A DNA stretch of 64,000 nt from an uncultured Trueperaceae bacterium (GCA_963815215.1 CAWFFU010000008.1:192001-256000); one strand, 5' to 3'. Counted from the stretch's first letter, positions 39,880-49,654 are shown. Program-made: numbers and translations. Notes: generated by a model from the sequence alone, not told the origin.

Positions 39880-40935
39880 ATGACCAGATCCCCGATCCAG
39901 GAGCAGCACGACCAGGAACCACACGAGCACGAGCCCCTCGACCACGACACCGTCCGTGACCACGGCCGGGAGGAGGGCCAGGCGAGCGCTCGAGTGCGGC
40001 AGCGGAGGACCGTGGACGACGGCAATGACCTACAGCGCTACCTTAGCGAGATCGGACGGGTCCCCCTGCTCGGTCGCGACGAAGAGGTGGCCCTGGCGCG
40101 TCGCGTCGACAGCGGCAAGGACGCCGAAGCCCACCTCGCGTCCGAAGGCGATGCGCTCGACGCCCGCGAGCGGCGGCGCCTGACCCGCCAGGTGGAGGAC
40201 GCCGAGCGGGCGCGCGAGAACCTCATCGAGGCCAACCTGCGGCTCGTGGTCTCGGTGGCCAAGCGCTACCGCACACGTGGCCTGCCCATGCTGGACCTCA
40301 TCCAGGAAGGCAACGCCGGGCTGATGCACGCCGTGGAGAAGTACGACGTCAGCACCGGCTATAAGTTCTCGACCTACGCCGTGTGGTGGATCCGCCAGGC
40401 GGTGGTGCGGGCGCTGGCCAACGGCTCGCGCACCATCCGCCTGCCGGTGCACTTCCAGGAGACGCTCCATCGGCTGCGCTCCAGCGCCGACCAGCTCGAG
40501 CAGGAACTCGGGCGCCCACCCAGCCGCGAGGAGATCGCTGGCGTGATGGGCGAAGGTTGGACGGTGGAGCGCGTCGACCACACCCTGCGTCAGGCGCGCG
40601 ACACCCTCTCCCTCGAACGACCCATCGGCGAAGAGCAGGACACCACCCTCGGCGAGATGTTGCCCGACGCCGACGCCGATGCTCCCGTCGAGCTGGCCAG
40701 CGAGACCGCCCTGTCCGACCAGCTCAGCCGCCTGCTGGGACGCCTCACCGAGCGTGAAGCGGACGTCCTGCGGTTGCGCTTCGGCCTGGTGGACGGCGAA
40801 CAGCACACACTCGAGGCCATCGGCCGCCAGTACGGCATCACCCGCGAGGCGGTGCGCCAGGCCGAAGCCCGCGCACTACGCAAGCTGCAGTACCTGGCAC
40901 GCCGCGATCTCTCGCTGCGCGATTTCCTCGATTGA
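39880..40935 (+). CDS. RpoD/SigA-like sigma-70 factor (divergent paralog)
   Basis: YLSEIGRVPLL, LIEANLRLVVSVAKRY, DLIQEGN, KFSTYAVWWIRQA, LRLRFGL, TLEAIG..TREAVRQ. Confidence 0.92.
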   Translation: MTRSPIQEQHDQEPHEHEPLDHDTVRDHGREEGQASARVRQRRTVDDGNDLQRYLSEIGRVPLLGRDEEVALARRVDSGKDAEAHLASEGDALDARERRRLTRQVEDAERARENLIEANLRLVVSVAKRYRTRGLPMLDLIQEGNAGLMHAVEKYDVSTGYKFSTYAVWWIRQAVVRALANGSRTIRLPVHFQETLHRLRSSADQLEQELGRPPSREEIAGVMGEGWTVERVDHTLRQARDTLSLERPIGEEQDTTLGEMLPDADADAPVELASETALSDQLSRLLGRLTEREADVLRLRFGLVDGEQHTLEAIGRQYGITREAVRQAEARALRKLQYLARRDLSLRDFLD

Positions 40936-41230
40936 TCCGCCGCATGGCCCGCGCCGTCAGGTGCTGGGGCCGGCTGCTCGACAACCCCGCAGCGTCCTTC
41001 CCTGACGCTGTTCTCGACTCGCCTCGGCGATGGGCTCGCACACCCGTCCGGCGGCCGCGAGGGAGCCGTTGGCCTCTTGCGCTCGACCCCTTCAGCCCCT
41101 ATACTCGACCTCCGACGTCGACTCTTGCGCTGCCCTTTCGTAACCAGGCCAGCCGTATCTCACCGCACGGGTGAATGTCCCGACGAACCCCCTGAGCAGA
41201 TCCTGAGCGGAACCCCACAGGAGTTTGACG

Positions 41231-41476
41231 ATGGTTCGCGAGAGCACGCGCGTCTTCGCGCCGATCGCCGGTAGTCGCGGCGTCCGGCCCGTAACTCCCA
41301 TCTCCCCCAATCGCTGGAAGGGCGAGTCCGACTGCATCGTCGGGCCGTTCTCGAGCCGCACCCTGGCCTTCGGGTTCGCCAACGTGACGACCGATTTCGG
41401 TCAGTATGGCGGCGTCCGTTTCCACGTCTTCGCCAAGCGCGACTCCTGGTACATCGAGGTCCAAGTTCAGCACTGA
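41231..41476 (+). CDS. Small hypothetical protein (81 aa)
   Basis: AGGAG RBS, GC3-biased codons, non-low-complexity sequence; TATACT near 41100. Confidence 0.65.
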   Translation: MVRESTRVFAPIAGSRGVRPVTPISPNRWKGESDCIVGPFSSRTLAFGFANVTTDFGQYGGVRFHVFAKRDSWYIEVQVQH

Positions 41477-41586
41477 GCGCCGAGCTTCGCAGCGCCGGTC
41501 GCAGGTGCGATGGGAAGACGTGCGCCGTGGGCGCAGGCCCGGCACCGCTGACGCCGCACAGACGGGGATCCTGTCGCGGGAGCACG

Positions 41587-42231
41587 TCACGACGCGAGCC
41601 CTGACGCCGCGCCTCCGATGGCGTCACCGAAGGCCTCGGCAGCGACCACCCGCGCCAGCTCCGGACGTGGCGTCAGCGCGCTCAAGAACGCCTCGTCGGC
41701 GCGATCCGTACCGACCGCGATCACCCGGATCCCGGCCGCACGCACGGCTGCTGCGGCGTCCAGCGCGGCCTCGCGGCTGTCGGGCATACCGTCGGTGATC
41801 AGCAGGACGACGCGGCGGCCGCTGCGCAGTCGCAACCGGCCCGCCGCCAGCCGCAGCGCGAGGGCCATCGCGGTACCCCCGTTCGGCATCAGCCGGCTGA
41901 TGCTCTGCTGGAAGCGGTACGGGTCTCGCGTGGCACCGGTGAGCACCCTTGCCTTCGAACCGAAACCGATGACGCCGACCGCGTAGTTCCGGCGCCAGGC
42001 CTCGTAGAAGAAGCGGATCGAGCCCTTCAGGAGCTGTTGCATCTTGCCGGGGTCGGCCATGCTGGCCGACAGGTCGAGGCACAGGTAGACGGTGCCGGTC
42101 AGGCGCGCCCGTCGGCCGACCAGCGCATCGACCGCCCGCCGCGCCGGCGACGCCTGCGCGCCGCCGCCCTCGGGACGCCCGGCCCGGAGCCTGGCCAGGC
42201 GCCCGGCCCGCCTCGATCGATCGTCCGCCAT
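41587..42231 (-). CDS. Stand-alone VWA domain protein
   Basis: MIDAS DLSASM, GGTAMA, LITDGMPD, IAVG. Confidence 0.88.
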   Translation of the reverse strand: MADDRSRRAGRLARLRAGRPEGGGAQASPARRAVDALVGRRARLTGTVYLCLDLSASMADPGKMQQLLKGSIRFFYEAWRRNYAVGVIGFGSKARVLTGATRDPYRFQQSISRLMPNGGTAMALALRLAAGRLRLRSGRRVVLLITDGMPDSREAALDAAAAVRAAGIRVIAVGTDRADEAFLSALTPRPELARVVAAEAFGDAIGGAASGLAS

Positions 42232-42284
42232 GGCCCACTCTAGCGCCGCCCGGCACGCCCTCGGGCGCGGGCGTATGCTCTTGT

Positions 42285-43193
42285 GTGATGATCCTCGACA
42301 CCCCTACCGGACGCCTGCACGGCACCCTGGAGCTGCCCGGTGGGACGGGGCCCTTCCCGGTCGCGCTCATCATCGCGGGCTCCGGTCCCACCGACCGGGA
42401 CGGCAACACCGCCCTCCTCCCAGGTCGCAACGACGCCTTGAAGCTCGTGGCCGAGGCGCTGGCCGGAGCCGGCGTGGCGTCCCTGCGCTACGACAAGCGC
42501 GGCATCGGCGAGAGCCGCGACGCCGGCCTCGACGAGGCCGCTGGGACCTTCGACCTGATGGTGGAAGACGCCGTACGCTGGTTGCGCCAGCTCGACGACG
42601 ACGCGCGGTTCGCGCAGACCCTGGTCGTCGGCCACAGCGAGGGATCGCTGGTCGGGATGCTCGCTTCGGGCAGGGCCGGAGTCTCCGCCTTCGTGTCGCT
42701 GGAGGGTGCGGGGCGCCCGGCGCCCGAGGTGCTGCGCTCGCAGCTCCGGGCTCAACTCCCGGCCGAGCTGATGGATGAGGTCGACGCCGTGGTGCGCGAG
42801 TTGGAGGCCGGGCGAACGGTGGAGACGCTGCCACCCGGCATCGCAGCCGTGCCCCAGATCGGGCAGGCGCTGTTCCGGCAGAGCGTGCAGCCCTACCTGG
42901 TGAGCTGGTTCCGGCACGACCCGGCGCGCGACCTGGCAGCGCTCGACATCCCGACCCTGGTGGTGCAGGGCACGACCGATCTGCAGGTACCGGTGGAGGA
43001 CGGCGAGCGCCTGGCCGCGGCGGGGAAACGCACCACGCTGGCACGCATCGAAGGGATGAACCACGTGCTCAAGGTCGCACCCGCCGAGCGGGAAGCCAAC
43101 CTGGCGGCCTACTCCGATCCGGCGTTGCCGTTGGCGCCGGGGCTGGTGGAGGCGCTGCGCAGCTTCCTGAAGGCGGCGGGCCTCACTGCCTGA
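42285..43193 (+). CDS. Alpha/beta hydrolase
   Basis: IAGSGPTDRDGN, RYDKRG, GHSEG, QGTTDLQV, GMNHVLK. Confidence 0.92.
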   Translation: MMILDTPTGRLHGTLELPGGTGPFPVALIIAGSGPTDRDGNTALLPGRNDALKLVAEALAGAGVASLRYDKRGIGESRDAGLDEAAGTFDLMVEDAVRWLRQLDDDARFAQTLVVGHSEGSLVGMLASGRAGVSAFVSLEGAGRPAPEVLRSQLRAQLPAELMDEVDAVVRELEAGRTVETLPPGIAAVPQIGQALFRQSVQPYLVSWFRHDPARDLAALDIPTLVVQGTTDLQVPVEDGERLAAAGKRTTLARIEGMNHVLKVAPAEREANLAAYSDPALPLAPGLVEALRSFLKAAGLTA

Positions 43194-43217
43194 ACTCGCC
43201 CGGAGCGCAGAGCGCCT

Positions 43218-43664
43218 TCAGGCGTCGTCGTCGCGATCTCCGCGACGCACGAACAGCATCAGGCCCAGAAAGATCAGCAGCAACGGGCCCATGACATTCC
43301 AGGACAACCCGAACAGGAACACGGCGGACACCAGCAGCAGAACCACGCCGGGGATGACCTGGCGCGACACCTCGCGGTCCACGCTGCCGCTCGCCTGATA
43401 GGCCTGGTAGGCGCGGTAGAGGAACGCCGCGGCAGGGATCAGGAGGAAGGCGACCCACCAGTTCTGGAACGCCACGCCGAAGCTGTCGCGTAGCAACAAG
43501 AGGCCACCGACCACGACCAGCAGCAGACCCAGGGCATAGCGGTCGCGAGGCTTGCGGTTCGCGCGGCGTTCGCGACGACCGGACCGGTCCGACGACGATT
43601 CGGAGGAAGGGTTGACTTTCACGGCGGCCTCGACCCGGGCGGGCCGGACGTGCGCCCGCCTCAC
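43218..43664 (-). CDS. Small 4-TM membrane protein (LiaF/DUF5668-like)
   Basis: GLLLVVVGGLLLL, NWWVAFLLIP, WNVMGPLLLIFLG; start uncertain. Confidence 0.7.
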   Translation of the reverse strand: MRRAHVRPARVEAAVKVNPSSESSSDRSGRRERRANRKPRDRYALGLLLVVVGGLLLLRDSFGVAFQNWWVAFLLIPAAAFLYRAYQAYQASGSVDREVSRQVIPGVVLLLVSAVFLFGLSWNVMGPLLLIFLGLMLFVRRGDRDDDA

Positions 43665-43691
43665 GCAGACTCTACAGCCACGCTGGCCAGC

Positions 43692-44483
43692 TCAGCCGCG
43701 CAGATGCACCAGCCACCCGATGAGCGACGAACCCGACACCAGTTGGACGCCCGTCACGGTGAGCAGCACGTAGATCGCGAGCGTGAAGCCGCGCTCCTGG
43801 ACGGTGCGGTTGAGCCACACGCCGAGCGCCGCGCCGGCGAACGCCAGCGGCAACAACAGCACGGCGACCAGCAGGTTGTCGACGCTCAGCAACCCGAGCC
43901 AGGCGTAGGGAACCAGCTTCACGACGTTGACGATGAAGAAGAACCACGCAGCGGTGCCCACGAACAGATCGCGTCGCAACCCGCGCGGCAGCAGGTAGAC
44001 CGCCACAGGCGGCCCGCCGACATGCGCCAACGTCGACGTGAACCCCGCCAGGCCCCCCAGCACGCCGCCCCAGAGCCGGGACGGCGGCCGCCCCTGCAGG
44101 GCTCGCAGCACGCGCACCCGCACCACCTGCCAGGCCACGAAGGCCAGCGCCAGCACTCCGATGCCCACCTCCAACGCGCGCCCGTGCGGGGCCAGCAGAT
44201 CGAAGGTGAGCGCACCCAGGACGATCCCCACCAGCGCGCTCGGCAACAGCAGCTTCAGGTCCCCGAGGCTGGCGCTGCGGCGGTAGTGCCAGACCGCGAA
44301 GACGTCCGCACCGATGAGCACCGGGAGCAGCAGCGCGGCCGCTTGCGGCACGGGCAGCGTCAGGGCCACCAAGGGGGTGGCGATGACGCCCGAGCCGGCT
44401 CCGAAGCCCGCCTTGGCGACGCCGACCAGCAGGGCCGCCGCCGCTGCTGCCGCCAGCGCTTCGGGCGGCAGGCCGAGCATCAC
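43692..44483 (-). CDS. TauE/SafE (TSUP) family exporter
   Basis: GVAKAGFGAG, GFTSTLAHVGGPP, NVVKLVPY. Confidence 0.9.
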   Translation of the reverse strand: MMLGLPPEALAAAAAAALLVGVAKAGFGAGSGVIATPLVALTLPVPQAAALLLPVLIGADVFAVWHYRRSASLGDLKLLLPSALVGIVLGALTFDLLAPHGRALEVGIGVLALAFVAWQVVRVRVLRALQGRPPSRLWGGVLGGLAGFTSTLAHVGGPPVAVYLLPRGLRRDLFVGTAAWFFFIVNVVKLVPYAWLGLLSVDNLLVAVLLLPLAFAGAALGVWLNRTVQERGFTLAIYVLLTVTGVQLVSGSSLIGWLVHLRG

Positions 44484-44522
44484 GCCCGCCGCCGACGCAC
44501 GTGCCTGTCCGGCGCGAACGAC

Positions 44523-46007
44523 TCAGGCGACACGGGACAGGAACGTCGGGCGCCGGCGCGCCTGCGTCGCGCGTTCGAAGGCGTGCGCGAATCCGATGAG
44601 GCGGCCCTCGGCGTAAGCGCCGGCGAAGAAGGAGAGCCCGACAGGGAGCCCGTGCACGTGACCGGCGGGGACCGTCACGTGCGGGTAGCCCGCCATCGCC
44701 GCAGGCGTGGCGCAGCCGCCGAGCCGCTTGTCGCCGTCGATGGGATCGATGGCCCATGCCGGCACCATGGTAGGCGCCACCAGGGCGTCCAGCCGGTGCT
44801 CGGTGAGGGCGCGGTCGATGCCCTCGTCACGCGCCAGGCGGTGGCAGGTCTCGCGCACCTCGCGGTAGCGCGCTTCGTTGACGACACCGTCGGTGAGCGC
44901 CCGCTCGAGCAGCTGCTGCCCGAAGTAGGGCAGCACGGAATCGGCATGCAGCCGGTTGAAGGCCACCACCTCCTCCAGACTCCGGACCTTCGCGCGCGGG
45001 TGGTCGGCCAGGTAGGCGTCCACGCCGGCCTTGATCTCGATCAGCATCAGCTCGAGCTCGGGCGCCTCGTTCATGCGCTCGCGGCCCAGCTCGACCGGGT
45101 CGATGATCTCGGCGCCCAGCGCGCGCAAGGCGCCGAGCGCCGCCTCCACGACGGCGTCGGCGCCCTCGTGCCGGCCGAAGCAGTCGCGCGCCACGCCCAG
45201 ACGGGCCCCCTCGAGCGCGCGGGCATCGAGGAACTGCAGGTAGTCCAGTGTCGGCGCCTGCGCTGTGGCCTCATCGCGCGGGTCGGGACCGGCGAGGACC
45301 GTGAGCAGGGCGGCGGCGTCGGCGACACTACGTGCCATTGGTCCGGCCGTGTCCTGCGAGGTGGCGACCGGGATGATGCCGGCACGGCTCACCAGCCCGA
45401 CGGTGGGCTTGATGCCGACCACGCCGTTGGCCGAGGAGGGGCTCACGATGGAGCCGTCGGTCTCGGTGCCGATGGCGCCGGCGCACAGGCCGGCTGCGAC
45501 CGCCACCCCCGAGCCGGAGCTCGAGCCACTCGGCGTGCGATCGAGCGAATAGGGGTTGCGTGTCTGCCCGCCACGGCTGCTCCAGCCGCTGCACCCGCGC
45601 GTCGAGCGGAAGTAGGCCCACTCGCTCAAGTTCGTCTTGCCCAGCAACACGGCGCCGGCGGCGCGCAGGCGCTCGACCACGCCGGCATCGCGCGGCGCGA
45701 CGTTACCCGCCAGCGCCAGCGAGCCGGCCGTGGTCTGCATGCGGTCGCCGGTGTCGATGTTGTCCTTGACCATCACAGGGATGCCGTGCAGCGGCCCGCG
45801 CGGCCCGCGCTCGCGGCGTTCGCTGTCGAGCTCGGCGGCCGCCAGCAGGGCGTCCGGGTTGATCTCGATGACGGCGTTCAACGTCGGCCCGCCGGCGTCG
45901 ATCGCAGCGATGCGCTCCAGGTACCCGCGTGTGATCTCCAACGCGGTGGTCTCCCCCGAGGTCATGGCGGCCTGCAGCTCCGCGATCCCCATCTCGTGAC
46001 CGTTCAT
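44523..46007 (-). CDS. Amidase signature family enzyme
   Basis: LHGIPVMVKDNIDT, GKTNLSEWA, GSSSGS, GTETDGSIVSP; start MNGHEM after GGAGG. Confidence 0.94.
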   Translation of the reverse strand: MNGHEMGIAELQAAMTSGETTALEITRGYLERIAAIDAGGPTLNAVIEINPDALLAAAELDSERRERGPRGPLHGIPVMVKDNIDTGDRMQTTAGSLALAGNVAPRDAGVVERLRAAGAVLLGKTNLSEWAYFRSTRGCSGWSSRGGQTRNPYSLDRTPSGSSSGSGVAVAAGLCAGAIGTETDGSIVSPSSANGVVGIKPTVGLVSRAGIIPVATSQDTAGPMARSVADAAALLTVLAGPDPRDEATAQAPTLDYLQFLDARALEGARLGVARDCFGRHEGADAVVEAALGALRALGAEIIDPVELGRERMNEAPELELMLIEIKAGVDAYLADHPRAKVRSLEEVVAFNRLHADSVLPYFGQQLLERALTDGVVNEARYREVRETCHRLARDEGIDRALTEHRLDALVAPTMVPAWAIDPIDGDKRLGGCATPAAMAGYPHVTVPAGHVHGLPVGLSFFAGAYAEGRLIGFAHAFERATQARRRPTFLSRVA

Positions 46008-46163
46008 GGTCGTCTCCTCCGCCTCGGCGCCCCCACCGCGATGCCGTCGGCATCCGTTCAGTGTATGCAAGCGTACCCCGGCGCCCGGCTCCGAAGCGGC
46101 CTGCGCGCCGAGCGTTTCCGGCGAGAGTGCGCAGCGGGCGCCGCGGTGAGCGATACTGGATGC

Positions 46164-47819
46164 GTGACCCCCGACGCCGACGTCATCGTGGTCGGAGCAG
46201 GACTGGCCGGCCTCGTCGCCACCGCCGAGGCGGCCGACGCCGGCCTGCGCGTGACGTTGCTCGACCAGGAGTCGCGGGCCAACCTGGGCGGACAGGCCTT
46301 CTGGTCGTTCGGCGGTCTGTTCCTGGTGGACACGCCGGAGCAGCGCCGGCTCGGCATCCGCGACAACCACGAGCTCGCCTGGCGCGACTGGCTCGCCACG
46401 GCCGCCTTCGATCGCGAGGACGACCGCTGGCCCCGGCGGTGGGCCGAGGCGTACGTCGCCTTCGCGGCCGGAGAGAAGCGCGCCTGGCTGCGCGAGCACG
46501 GCCTACGTTTCTTCCCCGTCGTGGGCTGGGCCGAGCGCGGCGTGGGGCACGCCCAGGGCGCGGGCAACACCGTCCCCCGCTTCCACATCGCGTGGGGCAC
46601 CGGTCCCGCCATCGTCGAGGCGTTCGCGCGCCGAGTGCGCGAGCACGAGCGCGCCGGGCGCGTCCGGCTACGATTCCGCCACCGAGTTCGCGAGCTCGTC
46701 GTCGAGGGCGGCGCCGTGACCGGCGTGGCCGGCGAGGCGCTCGCCGACGACCCGTCCGAACGCGGCCGGCCGACCTCGCGGGAGCCGGTCGGCACCTTCA
46801 GGCTCGGAGCGCCGGCGGTCGTGGTGGCCTCGGGCGGCATCGGTGGCGACCACGAGCGGGTGCGCCGCAGCTGGCCGGGCGACCGCCTCGGGCCGCCGCC
46901 CGACGCCATGCTCACGGGCGTGCCCGCCCACGTGGACGGGCAGCTGCAAGCGGCGAGCGCCGCGGCAGGCGGGCGGCTGATCCACACCGATCGCATGTGG
47001 CACTACACCGAAGGCGTGCGGAACTTCGCGCCGATCTGGCCGGGCCACGGCATCCGCATCCTGCCGGGCCCGAGCAGTCTGTGGCTCGATCCCGACGGCC
47101 GCCGTCTGCCTCCCCCGTTCCTGCCGGGCTTCACGACCCTCGACACGCTGGGACACATCGGACGCGGCCGCTTCCCGCACACCTGGTTCGTGCTGGACCG
47201 TCGCGTCCTGCGACGGGAGTTCGCGCTCTCGGGCAGTGAGCAGAACCCCGACCTCACCGGCAAGAGCCTCGCCGGCGTGGTGCGCGGCAGGCTCGCGGGC
47301 CTGCAGCCGCCGCTGCGGGCGTTCCTGGAGCGCGGCGAGGACTTCCTCACGGACGCCACCCTGGAGGGCCTGGTGCGGAAGATGAACGCGCTCATCGGTG
47401 ACGAGCGCCTCGATCCGGCCCTGGTGGCCGACGCGGTGGCCGCCCGCGACGAGCAGGTGGTGAGCGGCTTCGGCAAGGACTTCCAGGCGATGGCCATCCG
47501 CAACGCCAGGCGGTCGCTAGGCGACCGTCTGGTACGCGTGGCGCGCCCGCACCGCCTGCTGGATCCGGCGGCCGGGCCGCTGGTGGCGGTGAGGCTGCGG
47601 GTGCTCACGCGCAAGACGCTGGGTGGGCTCGAGACCGACCTGCAGGGACGCGTGCTGACAGAAGACGGCCAGCCGCTGCCGGGCCTGTACGCGGCCGGCG
47701 AGGTGGCCGGCTTCGGGGGCGGCGGCATGCACGGCTACCGCTCGCTGGAGGGGACCTTCCTCGGCGGCTGCCTGTTCAGTGGCCGCACGGTGGGGCGCGC
47801 CCTGGGGAACGCCGGCTGA
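46164..47819 (+). CDS. FAD-binding dehydrogenase/oxidoreductase
   Basis: VIVVGAGLAGL, GGQAFWSFGG, RMWHYTEG, TRKTLGG, GLYAAGE, EGTFLGGC; GATACT 6 nt before GTG. Confidence 0.9.
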   Translation: MTPDADVIVVGAGLAGLVATAEAADAGLRVTLLDQESRANLGGQAFWSFGGLFLVDTPEQRRLGIRDNHELAWRDWLATAAFDREDDRWPRRWAEAYVAFAAGEKRAWLREHGLRFFPVVGWAERGVGHAQGAGNTVPRFHIAWGTGPAIVEAFARRVREHERAGRVRLRFRHRVRELVVEGGAVTGVAGEALADDPSERGRPTSREPVGTFRLGAPAVVVASGGIGGDHERVRRSWPGDRLGPPPDAMLTGVPAHVDGQLQAASAAAGGRLIHTDRMWHYTEGVRNFAPIWPGHGIRILPGPSSLWLDPDGRRLPPPFLPGFTTLDTLGHIGRGRFPHTWFVLDRRVLRREFALSGSEQNPDLTGKSLAGVVRGRLAGLQPPLRAFLERGEDFLTDATLEGLVRKMNALIGDERLDPALVADAVAARDEQVVSGFGKDFQAMAIRNARRSLGDRLVRVARPHRLLDPAAGPLVAVRLRVLTRKTLGGLETDLQGRVLTEDGQPLPGLYAAGEVAGFGGGGMHGYRSLEGTFLGGCLFSGRTVGRALGNAG

Positions 47820-47865
47820 AGGCGCAGCGAGCTCCCGCGCCCACCATCTGCGCGTCCCGCCGTGC

Positions 47866-48579
47866 CTAGCTGCTTCGCGCGAGCAGGTGGCGCAGGTCGC
47901 GGGCGATGTGATGGGGGTGGCTCGCCAGGTCGTCGCCGCCATAGATGAGCGTCAAGCGCCGCTGTGGGTCCAGCACGTAGACCGATGCCGTGTGGCGCAT
48001 GAAGTAGGCGTCCGGGCCGGTCTGATCGGTCTTCTGGTAGCTCACGAAGTACTGCTTCGCCACGGCCGCGATGGCGTCGGGCGTGCCGGTCAGGCCGTGG
48101 AACGTCGGCGAGAAGGCGTGCGCGTAGGTCGCCATCACCTGAGGCGTGTCGCGCTCCGGATCCACCGAGATCATGGCCACCGCCACCCGCTCCCGGTCCG
48201 CCGCCGGCAAGGAGGCGGTGATCGTCGCGAGCTGCATCATCTCGGTCGGGCACACGTCGGGACAGTGGGTGTAGCCGAAGAACAGCACCACCACCTTGCC
48301 GTCCCAGTCCGACAGGTGAACGGGCCCGGACGCGCTCAGGAGCGTGAAGTCCGTGGCCACCGTGGGGTTGGAGAGCGGCTCGCTGAGGTAGCTGTAGGGA
48401 GCCGGGCGCAGCACGTTCCACAGCACGAGGGCGGCGACCACCAGCAGGAACGCTCCGGCCAGGAGCCATAGCGGCCGGGCCAGCGCCAGCGTAGGTGGCC
48501 GGCTCGGCGGCGCGCTCGGCGGCCGTTGCGGCGGCGTCGCCCCGCCCGACGCTCCACCGGGATCATCGCGACCGGCCAT
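47866..48579 (-). CDS. SCO family copper protein
   Basis: FGYTHCPDVCP, ISVDPERD, MRHTASVY. Confidence 0.94.
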   Translation of the reverse strand: MAGRDDPGGASGGATPPQRPPSAPPSRPPTLALARPLWLLAGAFLLVVAALVLWNVLRPAPYSYLSEPLSNPTVATDFTLLSASGPVHLSDWDGKVVVLFFGYTHCPDVCPTEMMQLATITASLPAADRERVAVAMISVDPERDTPQVMATYAHAFSPTFHGLTGTPDAIAAVAKQYFVSYQKTDQTGPDAYFMRHTASVYVLDPQRRLTLIYGGDDLASHPHHIARDLRHLLARSS

Positions 48580-48597
48580 GATCCCCCTCCATCCTCC

Positions 48598-49065
48598 TCA
48601 CTTGCGCACGACCGGCACGTTCACCGTGAGCGGCGGTGCGCCCTCGAAGCGGAGCGTGAGCTCGGCCGCGGTTCCTTCGATCAGCGGGCTCTTCAACCCC
48701 ATCACCATCAGGTGGTCACCGCCGGGCTCCAGCCTGAGCCGACCGTGCGCCGGCACGATCAGCGCCTCCACGGGCACCATCGACACGACCGGGCCCGACG
48801 GTGACCCCGTGTCCTCCTTGCGCGTCGTCATCGGCATGCACGTCGCGGCCACGGCCGTCGTGCCGCCCACCAGACGCACGTCCTCGTTCGTGGCGTTCAC
48901 GAGCACGCCGTACAGCGCTGTGTTGGGCACCGGTGCCGGGATCCAGCGCAACCACGCGTCCTGCAGCTCCAACGCAGGCGGCGCTGCCAGCGTCGCCGAC
49001 AGGGCCATCAGAGCCCACAACCAAGCCAGGCCGCGTGCTGCCACGGCCCTCAACGGATGTCTCAT
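48598..49065 (-). CDS. PCuAC copper chaperone
   Basis: Signal peptide, AWLR, MPMTT...SM...LEPGGDHLMVMGL. Confidence 0.9.
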   Translation of the reverse strand: MRHPLRAVAARGLAWLWALMALSATLAAPPALELQDAWLRWIPAPVPNTALYGVLVNATNEDVRLVGGTTAVAATCMPMTTRKEDTGSPSGPVVSMVPVEALIVPAHGRLRLEPGGDHLMVMGLKSPLIEGTAAELTLRFEGAPPLTVNVPVVRK

Positions 49066-49141
49066 CGCCGCAGTCTACCGCCCGCCTGGCAGAGTGGCCC
49101 ACCTCATGCGCGCCCGCCGGCCAGCGCCGTAGCATCGCACC

Positions 49142-49654
49142 ATGCGCCGAGCCCGCGCGCTCCTGAGGCGTCCCGTGCTGTCGAATACGCTCCTGGTGGG
49201 CGCGCTCCTGGTGGGCGCGCTCCTGCTGCTGACGGGTTGCGGCGCGGTCGTGGCGCCGGCCGAGTCTGCTACGTTGCTGAGCCTGGTCAACCAAGCGCGC
49301 GGGACCCCGCGCTCGTGCGGCACCACGCCGTACGCGGCAGCCCCGGCGCTCTCCCTCGACGCACGCCTGACGCGGGCTGCGCAGCTCCACAGCCAGGACA
49401 TGCAGCACAGCGGGAGCATGAGCCACACCGGCTCGGACGGCAGCACGGTGGGCGAACGCGCCGCCGCCCAGGGGTACGTCTGGACGCGCATCGGTGAGGA
49501 CATCGCGTGGGGGTTCTCCACGCCGGAGTCGGTGATCCAGGCATGGCTCGCCAGCCCGGGCCACTGCGCCAACATCATGGACCCGAAGTTCCGGGATCTC
49601 GGTACCGGAGCCGCCGGAACGTACTGGACGCTCGATTTCGGGACGCCGCGTTGA
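49142..49654 (+). CDS. CAP/SCP domain lipoprotein
   Basis: Lipobox LTGC, VNQARG, HSQDM, SHTGSDG, GEDIA, WLASPGHCANIM. Confidence 0.92.
   Translation: MRRARALLRRPVLSNTLLVGALLVGALLLLTGCGAVVAPAESATLLSLVNQARGTPRSCGTTPYAAAPALSLDARLTRAAQLHSQDMQHSGSMSHTGSDGSTVGERAAAQGYVWTRIGEDIAWGFSTPESVIQAWLASPGHCANIMDPKFRDLGTGAAGTYWTLDFGTPR
49188..49225 (+). repeat. 15-bp tandem duplication in the signal peptide
   Basis: CGCTCCTGGTGGGCG x2.5 (LLVGA LLVGA LLL). Confidence 0.8.

Noticed and set aside
43650..47819. 1389-aa ORF that looks like a large fusion protein
   Set aside because: The first ~840 codons are the antisense shadow of the TauE and amidase genes; the real FAD enzyme starts at GTG 46164 after a -10 box.
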